DNA of 64,000 bases from Camelus ferus. Its lineage: Eukaryota. The position numbers and the translations under genes were made by a program. The DNA lies in NCBI RefSeq assembly GCF_009834535.1, contig NC_045697.1:42162001-42226000 (forward strand), written 5' to 3'. The notes beneath the pieces are model-generated. The model saw only the letters and a program-made list of their open reading frames with translations. It was not told where the DNA came from and did no database searches. Below, piece by piece: positions 38,842-50,538 of the stretch; within the stretch, counting starts at the first letter, position 1, and each line of letters begins with the position of its first letter.

Positions 38842-40985
38842 AGAAGTGCCATCTCTGAGGGGTGTCTCTTATTAATTATACACATAGCCCTAAAACACAG
38901 TGCCTGAAACTCAAATACTTGTCGATTTAATAAATGAGAGAACCCTGTATGATGCCTTGGAGCTAGACTGCAGAGAGACAATTCTAAGGTTATTACTTGG
39001 ACTGAAATTCACAGTGGACACAATAACTAAAAATGATCATTTTTAGGTCTTTACTACCCCATAAACCTTTCTAAGCAGGATTTTATCTCTGGCAGTCACC
39101 ACCAACTTTCTATGTTTTCTCTGTTTCCTTTATTATATGAAAATCCCAATGAAGTTCATTATTTTCCTCCACAGTGAGTAGCCTCTTTACATCTTGCCTG
39201 CAAGCACTACTGAGATGGTAACTTTCTGCTTATTTTAAAATAAGGATTACAGGAAAATACTGAAAGAAAGGAAAACGGATCAAGGAGAGTGAAAAAGGAA
39301 AATACATGCTCATCTGTCGCCAAGGCGTATGTGATCCCTCCATCCCCACATGCATACTCAGCTCCCGTGGACCGAGGCAGATCAAAGGGGCTCCAGTTGT
39401 TCCAAAGTTCTCTCCCCTGCATCTGCAGATCCCAACTGTGTGCTCCACAAAAGCGCTCTACAATTCCTCCCAGGGCAATTCTTACGCACTCCGCTGTGCA
39501 CGTTGCCTGCTGTTTGCTCCCTCTCGTGTCAGTGTCCTGGTATTTCTCTACGCACAGCTGGGCTTCTTCCAAGAATGCTGAGTGACTGTAGAGAAGCTGA
39601 GAGGGCACCAAGAAAAGGACCCCATAACTCCTCTGTCATGGAGGGCAGAGTCCTCCGAGTGGCCCTCGGAGACAGAGCCCTACAGAGAGTGGGGAGAACT
39701 ACGGGTCCCCGTGCTTACACGCCACTTGAACCTCTCAACACCAAACGTCTGAAATCCTACGCGTGGAGTTTTGTCTTGCTTTTCATAATACCATGCTGAA
39801 TAGCTCGGTGAGAGAGAGTTCCTTAAGTTCTCCTTTCTGGCATGTACAAAATAATAAATTCCTTTTAAAACAGTAAATCCTTCTGAAATAGCTTCAATCT
39901 GTTGTTAAGGGATGCACTTGCAAGATGTTTAAGAAGTAACTTATCAAAGTGTGCAACGAAAAAAGGTACATGGTCCATATATTTTAATTAGCATCCCAAT
40001 GAGCATCTGCTTATGGCTGAGACTCTGCCAAGTCACCTGTTCCAGGCCACGCCTGGCATAATGAGCAGGTTCAGATATCTTCATAGCAGACGGTATTGGC
40101 GGCATTAATTTACCCTCAGTCTCTGCAGTAATCGTATAATATCACAACACAGCACAGAGCACCATATGTACTCCTTCACTGATAAACTGCTCTACCTGCA
40201 GGCTTTGTAACAATACAGGATGAAGATGATGCAGATTAAAACTTGTTAAACAAATACAGATGCTGTCCAGAGCTCTAGCATTGACTGAACTTCCCCATGG
40301 GCCTGGGGCTGCACTAGGCACCCCAGAACACACCAGAGATACTTCCTAATCCCCTAAGACTGCTTCCTAGAAGGAGGAGACGTAAAAGTTCCTCTGTACA
40401 ATTTTCATGGGGCCGAGGTTTCATGGATGGTAATAAAACCAAACAAAATGTGTTTCTTCCTTTCTGTGTTATAAAAAAAAAGTTCTTAAAATAGAATTTT
40501 CTAGGCTTGTTCCCTGATCTAAATTCTCCCAGTCCATAAACTTTTGAGCAATCGTCTCCAAAAATGTGGTTTTACATTTGGTCACCTGTAGATGGCCGTA
40601 AGTTTTTCAGCTTCTCAGATCCTGGAATGTTCTTCACTCTCATGACCCAATTCCCCATTTATTATCTTTGGAATTTAGAAGCCAAAATCAGACACAGAGC
40701 CAGATCTTGCTATGGAGGCTTCCTCACCTTATCTAAAAGTCTGGAAAAGACTCACCTGTGAAGAATGTGCTCACAGAAAAAACCACTGCCCCCTGCTCAG
40801 GACCCTCCCATCCCCCACTGCCCACCTCTCTCCAACCGTTCTCTCCTACCCAAATCTGCAACTGATCAGTGGGATGAGCCCCAGGCTGCCCCAAGCAGAA
40901 TCCTTAGCCCCACAAATCCTTACCCTGCTCCCAACTGTCATCCCTCATAAATCCAACCATCACACTTCCAGCTTCCTGAAGTTAA

Positions 40986-40993
40986 ATATATAT

Positions 40994-41046
<53 letters not shown>

Positions 41047-41098
41047 TGTATGTATGTATATTTATATGTATATATATATGTATATGTATATATATATG
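40986..41098 (+). repeat. (GT)22 plus (TA/TATG)n alternating purine-pyrimidine tract
   Basis: Seen directly; inside an L2-like context (41130-41250). Confidence 0.95.
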
Positions 41099-41398
41099 TT
41101 GGATCTATCCCTTTTCTTACAAATTCTCCCAGAAATGACCTTCTTAAAATATAAATCAGATAATTCTTTTACTTAAAATCAGTAGCTTCCAAGTGTACCT
41201 AGAACAAAATTCAAACTCCTTCCCTCAGACTATATGAAAAAGCTTTCTCCCCTTTCCATCTCCCTAACCACCGCCTTCCTACCAGCTTATGTGCACCCAG
41301 ACAGACAGACAGACACACACACAGACACATACACTCCTCACACTCCTGGCTTCTTTCATCTTCCATGTCTTAGTTCAACATCATTATTCAGAGAAAAC

Positions 41399-41887
41399 TG
41401 TGGTAGAGAAAATAATGGCTACATCCTAATGTGGATGTCTACATTCTAATCCCTGAAACCTGTAAATAGGTTACATGGCCAAGGAGAATTATGACTACAG
41501 ATAGATTAAGGTTGTTAAGCAGCTGACTTAAAATAAGATTATCCTGGTCTCTCCAGTGTAATCACAGAAGTCCTCAGAAGTGGAAGAGGAAGGCAGGACT
41601 GTGGAAGAGAGAATCAGGAGACAGCAATGTGAGACGGACTCAGCATCTCTGAAGAGAGAAGAAGAGGGCTGTGAACCAGGGAATGGGATTGCAGGGAAGC
41701 TAAATGAGGGCAAGAAGACAGAGTCTCCCCTGAAGCCTCCAATAAGAATGCAGCCCTGCTGACACCTTGATTTTAGCTAGGTGAGACCCATGCTATACTT
41801 CTGAACAAGACAGTTAAGTTTGTGTTGTTTTAATTAAGCCACTAGATGTGTGGTAGTTTGTTACAGCAGCAATAGGACACTGATACT
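41399..41887 (+). mobile_element. near full-length MaLR solo LTR, MLT1D-like
   Basis: Starts tgtggtagagaaaataatggc; ends aagccactagatgtgtggtagtttgttacagcagcaataggacactgatac. Confidence 0.9.
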
Positions 41888-42416
41888 ATCCCTTCTCTGA
41901 TTATCCCACTAACGCAGCCCCCTCCTATTTGCCAGACTTATTCAACCAGTGTTTTATTGTTGCAGGCTCCGGGTGTCAAATGCTATTTTTGCTCCTGCAG
42001 ATACACCCAGAAAACAAAACAGATGGAAATTCCTTTCCCCATTTTTCTTACAATCTAATACACAAGCCCCATATTTGTTTTGTTTTGGTTTTCATCACAA
42101 CTTGGGCATTTAAAAAAATGTAATACTTTGCATACTGTTTGGGTTTTTGTTGGGAGATTTTTTTTTTTGCTTGACTCTCCAGTGAGAGATATTATTTCTA
42201 CCTAGTTTATCACTATGCAAATCCAATAGTGTCTGACACATGATGTGTTAAATAAGTATTTATTTAATTAATAAATGACTCAGCTAATAAAAAAGCTTCT
42301 GATAATGCATATTCTCCAGAAATTCCTCTTCTCACTCCTGTGCATTATTAATCAAAGACCTATGGATCAGCCATGTGTAAAGCGACTATAGCCCAAAGGA
42401 ACCCTAGGAGTAAGGC

Positions 42417-42782
42417 TGTTTTAGTCATTCAGGACTGCTGTATCAAGAATACCACAGACTGAATAACTCGAACAACAGAAATTTATTTCTCACAGTTCTG
42501 GAGGTTAGAAAGTCCAGTATCAAGATACCAGCAGATGCAGGATCTGGTTAGAGCCCTCTTTCTGATGCAGATGGCCGTCTTCTCACCATACTCTCTTATG
42601 GTAAAGAAAGAGAAAGATCATCTCTGCCCTGTCTCTTCTTATAAGGGCACCAATCCCATTCACGGGGGCTTCACCCTCATGACTCAATTAACTCCCAAAA
42701 GTCACACCTCTAACTTCCATCACATTGGGGATTTAGGCTTCAAACTATGAATTGTAAGAGGATATATACATCCAGCCCAAAG
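42417..42782 (-). mobile_element. MaLR solo LTR, MLT1A-like
   Basis: aacaacagaaatttatttctcacagttctggagg...tctcttcttataagggcaccaatcccattcacgggggcttcaccctcatgac. Confidence 0.9.
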
Positions 42783-44814
42783 TTCATAAGCAATTTGGTG
42801 TGTTTGGCTGTGATAGGTGCTGTTCTTTCCTTGACATTTCCCTAGACTAATGTCTCCAAGATGGAAGAAACCATGTCCTACTCCTTAACCGTCTTTAGGA
42901 TCCCAGTACTTGTTGTTGTGCCTGAAACACTCAATGTCTGATTACTGAATGAAGGAATGAACAATGAATATATGTGTACTTCAGATTACAAACGTTTATA
43001 AATTGAGGTTTCATATGAAAAAAAAAAAACTTGGTTTCTCTCCACTCAGAGGATGTACAGCAAAATACTGACTTGCTACAATTAGCAGCATTATCCAAGA
43101 AAGTCAGTGAACTCTTGCCTAGTAGTGTTTGGCTTTTATTTGGGAGGCAGGAGGTGGTAAGTGCATGGAATGCTTTTCCATATTTATGTAAGGGAATAGT
43201 CATTTGAGTCAAGTATTTATTGAGCAGTTAATTACTGTCTAGCCATCTTCAGGTGGAAATATCATGCTGTCTATGGAAATGCTATTTATTAAGTCGATGT
43301 CCAAGGAAAAATTTCAATCTGGCCTGTAGAACATACCAATCCTGGTGCCAGGGGCATTTAGAGAGGAAGGGGGACTGAAGGACAGTCACGGTGGAAGGTA
43401 GGCATCAGGGACCATGATCAAAGGCACAGAGAAGGCATTAGCAAAAGTTAGAGATGAGACAAAGATTATAACGTCTTATAGTTTAGAAATTCCCCAAAGT
43501 GATCAAAAATGGATTCTTTCTTATAAATGCATGTCATATGAGGATATATTCAAGAATGATTGCTTTAAAATAAAAATCAGTTGTTTTCACATATGGGAAT
43601 ATATTTTTAGTCTTTCCTAATCTTTCAAGTATTTACTTTTCATTTTAAAGCCTGGAATAATACAAACATGACTGTAAAGGAAACTGAGTATTTAGTGGGC
43701 TATTGTTTTCTTTTATGAAACTTCCTCAGTTCATTCCTAGTCTATTTTTAGAATACTATTCCTTTAACTTCTCTATTTATTTAGGATCAAAAAATCTTCA
43801 ATTTGTAATGATTCTTCTGTTCTCTTTTGGGAAATACTTCAACTGTCTCAAACATTAACATAGGTATACTAATTATAATACAAATATTAAGCTTAATTTT
43901 TTTCAGAATCCCTTACCTTGGCACCTGAATTTTCACACTACACTTTGATGATTACATTAGGATTGCAATGTCTCTGTTAGGTTAAAGATACACTTTAAAA
44001 TTCTTACCCAAAGCAAATAAAAATTAAGATGCAAAGTAAACTTAATTTACCAAGAGTGAAGACTATTCTTAATCTCGTGAGACCATGAATTATATACTGG
44101 ATTCAAGAAGCATGGCTTATACTTAGCAGAATTAGTGGTGCTTTGTGTCAATGCAATTTAAGAGATATTGTTTGATGTCTAAAGACATTTATTTTCCAAG
44201 ATGCTGAACCATAAGAGTACACATTCTTTTCTCGTACCTCATACCACCTCATTGGAGCTCTCGATTTTCAACACACTTGGAGCAATAGTTTGGGGATAAA
44301 TTTAGCTTCAGTCTTCTCTATTAAGAAAATTCTGTCATTGCTGAATACTGTGACAGTGAATAGTGGTGATTGCAGGGAACAAAGGGGAATGCTTACCCAG
44401 TACAGCAGGTCCTGTTAGTTCTCACATTTTTGAGGGGTAAAGAGGTATTTTGACAAAGGAGAATGATAAAGATCCTATGTAATCTAGTCATAGATGCCTC
44501 AGGTTCTTGCTGCCTGGAGAATGAATTGATCCAAAATCCTACTTGTGGAAGAAAGCCCTTCTTCTCAACTGCAAGATACATTTCTAAAACTCTTATTGCT
44601 TTGCCAACTAGATATGCTCTTACAGGAGTATGTGTGTAAAAATATTGAATATACATCTTTAATATTTAATTTAACATAAGAATATTAAAATATATGTGAT
44701 TTTTGGTATTTGAGTTTTAGGAGTCTAATTATTAGCAGGAAGGAATACTACAGTCTGGAAGCTGATGGCTATATAAATCAAAAAGATGCTGTGGGAAGTG
44801 ATGAGCGTATAGTG

Positions 44815-45010
44815 TACCAGAGCTCAGCTGACTAGAGCATGGCGTTACTGATGCCAAGCTCTCCGGCCCCACCCCCTCAGAGGAAGAGGCTGCTAATTAA
44901 GGAACCACTGGCCCTTGCATTGAAATGTCTGCTGTTGGTTACAGATGAGACAGCGTGAACATTTTAATGAGTCCCATAATCCCACTGGAAAAACAATTCA
45001 AGTGCATTAT
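44815..45010 (+). mobile_element. tRNA-Ile(AAT)-derived ancient SINE, MamSINE1-like
   Basis: Head agctcagctgactagagcatggcgttactgatgccaag aligns with tRNA-Ile AGCTCAGTTGGTTAGAGCGTGGTGCTAATAACGCCAAG; body aaatgtctgctgttggttaca...actggaaaaacaattcaa matches recalled MamSINE1. Confidence 0.7.
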
Positions 45011-45139
45011 CGAAAATCAATAGCATTATTTTTTTCTGACAGTAGACAAAGAAAAGGGAGCTGCTTTAAACAGAAAACATAAACAAGCTAACCAAGCTCT
45101 CCGTGTGAGCCAGTAATGAATTTAAACACAAAATTTTTG

Positions 45140-45244
45140 GAGTGTGGCTTTAAGTCTGTCATGACAAATTAGCCAGGTATCATTGGACAAGGTATTTTAA
45201 ATTTTCTCAGTCTCAATTTCTCCATATAGTACCCTCTCACCCCA

Positions 45245-45275
<31 letters not shown>

Positions 45276-45345
45276 GTTGTTGTCAGGTCTGAAGATACTA
45301 TATGTGAGAGTACTTAGCACACAGCAGTACTCAGTTAAAGGGAGC
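45140..45345 (+). mobile_element. MIR SINE containing a (CA)14 microsatellite (45245-45273)
   Basis: ttggacaagg...tctcagtctcaatttctcc, then cagggttgttgtcagg...tatgtgagagtacttagcacacag. Confidence 0.7.
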
Positions 45346-45509
45346 CTTTTGCCATCATGTGTTGCTTACTTTCCATCAATAATTACTGCCCCACTGGGCA
45401 GAGGTCCATGAGCACAGGGACCTTTAAATCACTCCTATTTGCCAGCACCAGGCAACCCAATTCAGTTTAAATCAACACATGTTCATTGTTTCCCTACACT
45501 AAATGACTG

Positions 45510-45571
45510 ATGACTGATGTTACACCACTCTGTGTGTCTAATGACTGATGTTACACCACTCTGTGTGTCTA
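45510..45571 (+). repeat. perfect 31-bp tandem duplication
   Basis: atgactgatgttacaccactctgtgtgtcta at 45510-45540 and 45541-45571. Confidence 0.95.
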
Positions 45572-45900
45572 ATATTTCTACCCTTCTATATTGAAACACA
45601 AAACCACAACATATTTATGCTCTTTGTCATTGATATTTCTAGCCATTATGGCTAAATTAATCAGCTGGTGAATGTTACTAATGATTTAAGGTGCAATATA
45701 AGTTATTTTCGTGTGTTTCAGTCATTCCAAAATGACTGTAATGACAAGCTCATATACTAGGTGAGGGAAAAGCAAGGCACGTATTTACAATGAAGGCAGT
45801 CAAATTTCCCCAAAAAATGCTAAATAGTCTTTCTTACACTTCTGTTTCCAGCAGTAAGCTAAAGAAAGAGCCAACATGTACTCTGAATTATCGATCTCAA

Positions 45901-45930
45901 AAACACACTGAGTAAACACACTGAGTAAAC
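45901..45930 (+). repeat. 13-bp tandem duplication
   Basis: aaacacactgagt twice plus aaac. Confidence 0.9.
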
Positions 45931-46761
45931 TTTCTGCAATAGAATTTTTAATACCTATATATGCATCTAATTTTTAATATATCACTTGATGATGAAAATA
46001 AACATCAAGAGAATTTTATAAAATCTAAAAGAGTAAAAATAAAACATAATCACATTTTGCTATTTTTATCTTTGTACTTTTTCCACATTCAGAGATATTT
46101 TCTACAGTTTAAATACAGTTGTAGTTAAAACATGGATTCTGCTTTTTTTAACTTTATAGTTATTCTAGGTGCACTATTTTCTTCTAACCACGTACTGCAC
46201 ACCATCCACCACATCTCAATTAACCCCTCCACATGGCCATTGCATAAACAGTGATCTTCTCTTGATCCTGCTTCAAAGGCATGACTGATTGATCCAGAAG
46301 AGGGTACCAGACCTGGGCAATGAGTCTTCATAGAAATGTGAATGTGATACCAAAAGAGAAAATCAGACTACTTTCTTTCCATTGGCTAGAGCTGTACATT
46401 GTTAAAAACCACGTGGTGTGTGTGTGGTGTGTACTGATAGATACACATACACACAATCTGCTTTCACAATCAAGATGAGATGTCCTCAGACAAGTTCCAC
46501 TTGTTCCCAAGGCTCATTGTCCCTGTCTTTGGGATTCATGTGTTATCACTATACTCTTAGAGTAAATTAAGGAATTTGCTTAAATTGATTCAATTTGGGT
46601 TTCTGTCACTTGTAATCAAACGAGTACTAACACAACATTATATATGTGCTTTTCCAGTTAAAACATAGAAAGATCAAATTTAAGTAAAAAATATATATAT
46701 ATATGAAGGCTCAGCCACAAAACAGAGGAAAGACTAAATTTGAAAATAATTGTCAAAGCAA

Positions 46762-47320
46762 TGAATATGTCCTTCAACAGGTGAATGGATAAACAAACTG
46801 CAGTACATCCATAACACAGAATATTATTCAGCAATAACAAGAAATGAGCTATCAAACCACAGAAAAACTTGGAGGATTCTTAAATGCATATTACTAAGTG
46901 AAAGAAGCCAACTTGAAAAAGCTACATATTACATGATTCCAACTATATGATGTTGTAGAAAAGGCAAAACAACAGAGACAGTAAAAAGATAGTAGTGGCT
47001 GCCAGAGGGTAGGGGGAAGGCGGGATGAATGGGAAGAGCAGAGAGAACTTTTAAGGCAGGGAAACTCCCCTGTATGACAGTATAATGGTGGACACTTATC
47101 ACTGATTTGTCAGAACCCGTAGAACGTATAAAACATAAAGTGAGCCTTAAGGGGCTCTATAGTTCATTATAATGTGGTAACATTGGCTCATCAATTGTAA
47201 TAAATATACTGCACTAATGCACGATGTTAATAATAGGAGAAATTGGAGGTTATTAGGCAAGGGGAATTTATGGGAACTCTATTCTCTTTTCACTCAATTT
47301 TTCTGTTAAGTGCTCAAAGA
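46762..47320 (+). mobile_element. ancient L1MC-like 3' end
   Basis: tgtccttcaacaggtgaatggataaacaaactg, cttaaatgcatattactaagtgaaagaagcc, cattggctcatcaattgtaa, tatgggaactct. Confidence 0.88.
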
Positions 47321-48199
47321 ATAGTTTTCACCGTCCAATCTACCTCTGCCCCTCTGGAAGTAAATTTTCAAAGACCACTTAATATGTTTCTAATAATAAA
47401 AAATTTATATTTATATTTTTCTATTATACATTGTCAGCTACTTGAGGACAGGATTAGTGTCTTCCGATGTGTCATAATTTGCTCATAATTTAAGGCAAAG
47501 TGATTTTATGAGGAAAGTACATAAATATTTGGTAAATAGCAGATACTGTCAACAAGCTGATGTGTAACTGCCAATGATTAAATATTAAAATAACTTTTCC
47601 AATTAACTCTTGGTTTCTTTTTTCTTCATCTATGAACTATTCACACAGCAAGTACAACATTTCTCATGTGTTTAAAACTATAACTAAATTTAAATTGGCT
47701 TTCAAGCTACAACTTTTTTCAAGAACAAAAATGCAAACAACCAAACAGAATGTTTCCAATTTGACAGAACTTGCCCTGTAATTTAAAATTTAGTCTCCTG
47801 GGGCCAATACTGCATAAATTCAGAGTTCCCCATTTATTCCCTTGTTTCTGAAGATAATTTAAATTACTAAAAGGCTTACATGTCAACCTGTGAAGAGGAC
47901 TGATCTGGGCGCTGGCCTTTGCCTTCACTGGACCACAGTGAGGCTTGGCTGCCCTCACCCCCAGCCGTGGCTGTAGGACTGTCCTCTCTGAATGTGCACC
48001 GCTGGCCTTGACTAGATCTCTAATTGGTAGGCGTACACCTCTGTGGTCTCTTGTTTTCCACCTCGGGTTCTCCGGGTGCACCAGCCCACTACTGTGTACC
48101 TTGCCTTTTCGGGGTACGTAGGAGCTCCAGATGATTTTCCACAATGCTTGCAGGTGCTCTGGGTCCCGTGATGCTATCTGTAGTTTTACTTACCAATCA

Positions 48200-48570
48200 C
48201 TGACCTAAGACATTTGTACTGACTCTTCCCTCTGTCTGGGGTGCTCTTCTCCAAGATACCGTGTGGCTCGTGTGGCTCTCTGTGAAAATGTTACCTTCTT
48301 AATAAGCCGATTCTAATCACCCTTTATATCTTTATGTACTCCCGCACTCTTGATTCCTCTTACTATTTTTTTCACACTATTTTCTCCATAGCAATTATTG
48401 CCTTTTAAGATCTTTTTTTACTATGCTAATTGTTTACAGTCTATACGCACCTCTCATTCTCAATGTAAACTTTATAACCCATACTTTTTTCCTTTTCTGC
48501 TGACAAATCCTAAGTGCCTAGAACAGAGCCTGTAATGTAGTAAGTGCTTAATAAATGTATTTTGAATAAA
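48200..48570 (+). mobile_element. L2 LINE 3' end
   Basis: Ends gtgcctagaacagagcctgtaatgtagtaagtgcttaataaatgtattttgaataaa. Confidence 0.75.
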
Positions 48571-49019
48571 AACATCTCTGGCCTTTTAAATAAACTGGTC
48601 CTCCATGAAATACAGAACAAGTCTGTCCACACGAGCCATATGGATCAATGCCTGTCCTTGTCTCTCACCCACACTACATCCTCCACCCTATCCCATTTCT
48701 CCACTTGCCTGTTCTCCCCCTTCTTTTCTGTCCCTACCTCTCTGATCTCAGGCTCTACATTTGTTCAAGGTCTTACTCTGGTTTTGCTCTTTCATTGGGT
48801 GGCCCCTTTATACCCCCTCCTCCAGTGTATCTACCTAGGCTTCCCCTTAAATTAGGGCTCCATAAACTGTCTTAGGTAAGACATAATTTTCCCACCAGTC
48901 TTCATAATGGAACTAAACCTTGCACTCTCACCCTCTCTGATTCAGACAGTACAGCTGGCAACTGACACCGTGGGAGCGAACACAACTGTTTAGAGAGAGA
49001 AGACAAGCGAGACAAGCTC

Positions 49020-49300
49020 TGAGTATGGAGCCCTGGGAAGAACTAGCATTCAAGGGATGAGAAAAGTAAAATAAGTGAGAGGAAACTAAAAAACTGAAAA
49101 TTAAAGAAGAAAAGAACTCTTAAAAACCAATGGGGGAAAAATTATTTCACAAAGATAGTGCATCATTGGTACCAATGCTGAAAGACAACCAAGTAAGATT
49201 AGGTTTGAAATCCTCCACTAGTTTTAGTAATTAAGTAGGTCATTGTGTTCTTATAGGGTCAGTTTCTGTGGAACTGGGGAAGGGTGGGGCCTGGACACCA
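49020..49300 (-). mobile_element. L2 LINE fragment
   Basis: gagccctgggaagaactagcattcaaggg...aatgctgaaagacaaccaagtaagattagg...ggtcattg...cagtttctgtgga. Confidence 0.6.
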
Positions 49301-49339
49301 GATGATAAGGATAAGAATGTCATTTCCCAAGCCCTTCAC

Positions 49340-49482
49340 CAGGCAGGGAGCCCATCTGACACCAGAGAACACTGCTCAGCCAAACCCAGTCTAGACCACC
49401 TACAGGCTCATATGCTAAATAAATGGTGCTGTTGTAAGTCACTGAATTTTGGGTAGATTTTTATGTAGCAAAATTGATATAT
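49340..49482 (+). mobile_element. MLT1 (F-H class) LTR 3' fragment
   Basis: ctgctcagccaaacccagtc...aataaatggtgctgttgtaagtcactgaattttgggtag...tgtagcaa. Confidence 0.65.
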
Positions 49483-50140
49483 GAGCAAACCTTCATTATG
49501 TATAAAAATGGATGAGAAGTTGATGGGGAGGAGAAAAATTTGAGAATCTGGAAAAGAGGAGATGATAAAGTAAAACACGTAAGGGGGTATGAAAGAGTAG
49601 AATTGCAAGCAAATGTGGAGGAGCAAATAGTAGATGGAGCAAGTTTATAGGTGAGGAGATAGGAGATTGAGGGAGAGAATACACAGCCTGAAGACTCAGA
49701 TTCACAACATACAGATGAGGCAGAGGCTTGAAGAGAGTGGCAGAGCTTGGACTGATTCCCTCTTAAGTACTGCTGTTGCTAAGAGACTCTAAGTCCAGTC
49801 ACACCTCTTTTATCACCACACTCTTCCCTCTCCATCCACTTCTGACACCTAGCAATAAACACCACGTGTAATTTATATCACGGCTTCCTGGGTAATCTTG
49901 TTACATAATGATAATCCAGTTGTAACAGTTCTGCAAATTCTTCAAAATAAGTGAGCAGAAGACTAACTACATCCATCACTGGAAATTCCAATGATCAGCA
50001 TCTCCTTGTCAGCATCTTAAGGAATCAAGGATAAAGCTGCATGCTATGTGATCATTATTTGAAGTTGAAGTAAAATGCTTCAAAATAAATCTGATGTAAT
50101 CAAAACTAAAAATAAAAACCATTTTTATTTGGAAAATGAG

Positions 50141-50538
50141 GTTTATGGGCTGAACTGTGTCACCTCACAATTCGTATGTTGAAGTGCCTTTGCCCCCGCC
50201 AACTCGATACCTCAGAATGTGACTGGTGACAGGACCTTTAAAGAGGTAATTAAGTCAAAACAGAGTCTATGCTGGGCCCTAATCCAATATGCCTATAAGT
50301 GTCCTTATAAGAATAGGAAGTTAGGACACAGACCACACAGACAGAGGGACACACGTGTGAGGACACAGCCAGAAGACGGCCAGCTGCAAACCAAGGAGGG
50401 AGGCCTCAGAAGAGAACAACCCTGCCCACACCTTTGTCTTGAACTTCTAGCCTCCAAAACTGTGAGAAAATAAATTTCTATCGTTTAAGTCACCTTCTTT
50501 GTGTCCTTCCATTATGGTAGCCCTAGCGACGTCATACA
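50141..50538 (+). mobile_element. MaLR solo LTR, MLT1B-like
   Basis: ttatgggctgaactgtgtc...cctcagaatgtgac...gaggcctcagaagagaacaaccctgcc...cttctagcctccaaaactgtgagaaaataaatttct. Confidence 0.9.

Noticed and set aside
39207..39799. Overlapping 134-aa and 149-aa ORFs
   Set aside because: No domain or known-protein resemblance; explained by locally higher GC.
40712..41176. 154-aa ORF with CVCVCV/YIYM runs
   Set aside because: Artefact of reading through the microsatellite.
44815..44890. Functional tRNA-Ile gene
   Set aside because: T arm/B-box and acceptor stem are missing and the anticodon loop is mutated; it is a SINE head.
35413..45571. 31-bp repeats as CRISPR-like direct repeats
   Set aside because: Only two adjacent copies each, no spacers, no cas genes, mammalian context.
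47719..48144. 141-aa minus-strand ORF in a mildly CpG-rich patch
   Set aside because: Non-ATG start, no homology I recognise, no splice structure.
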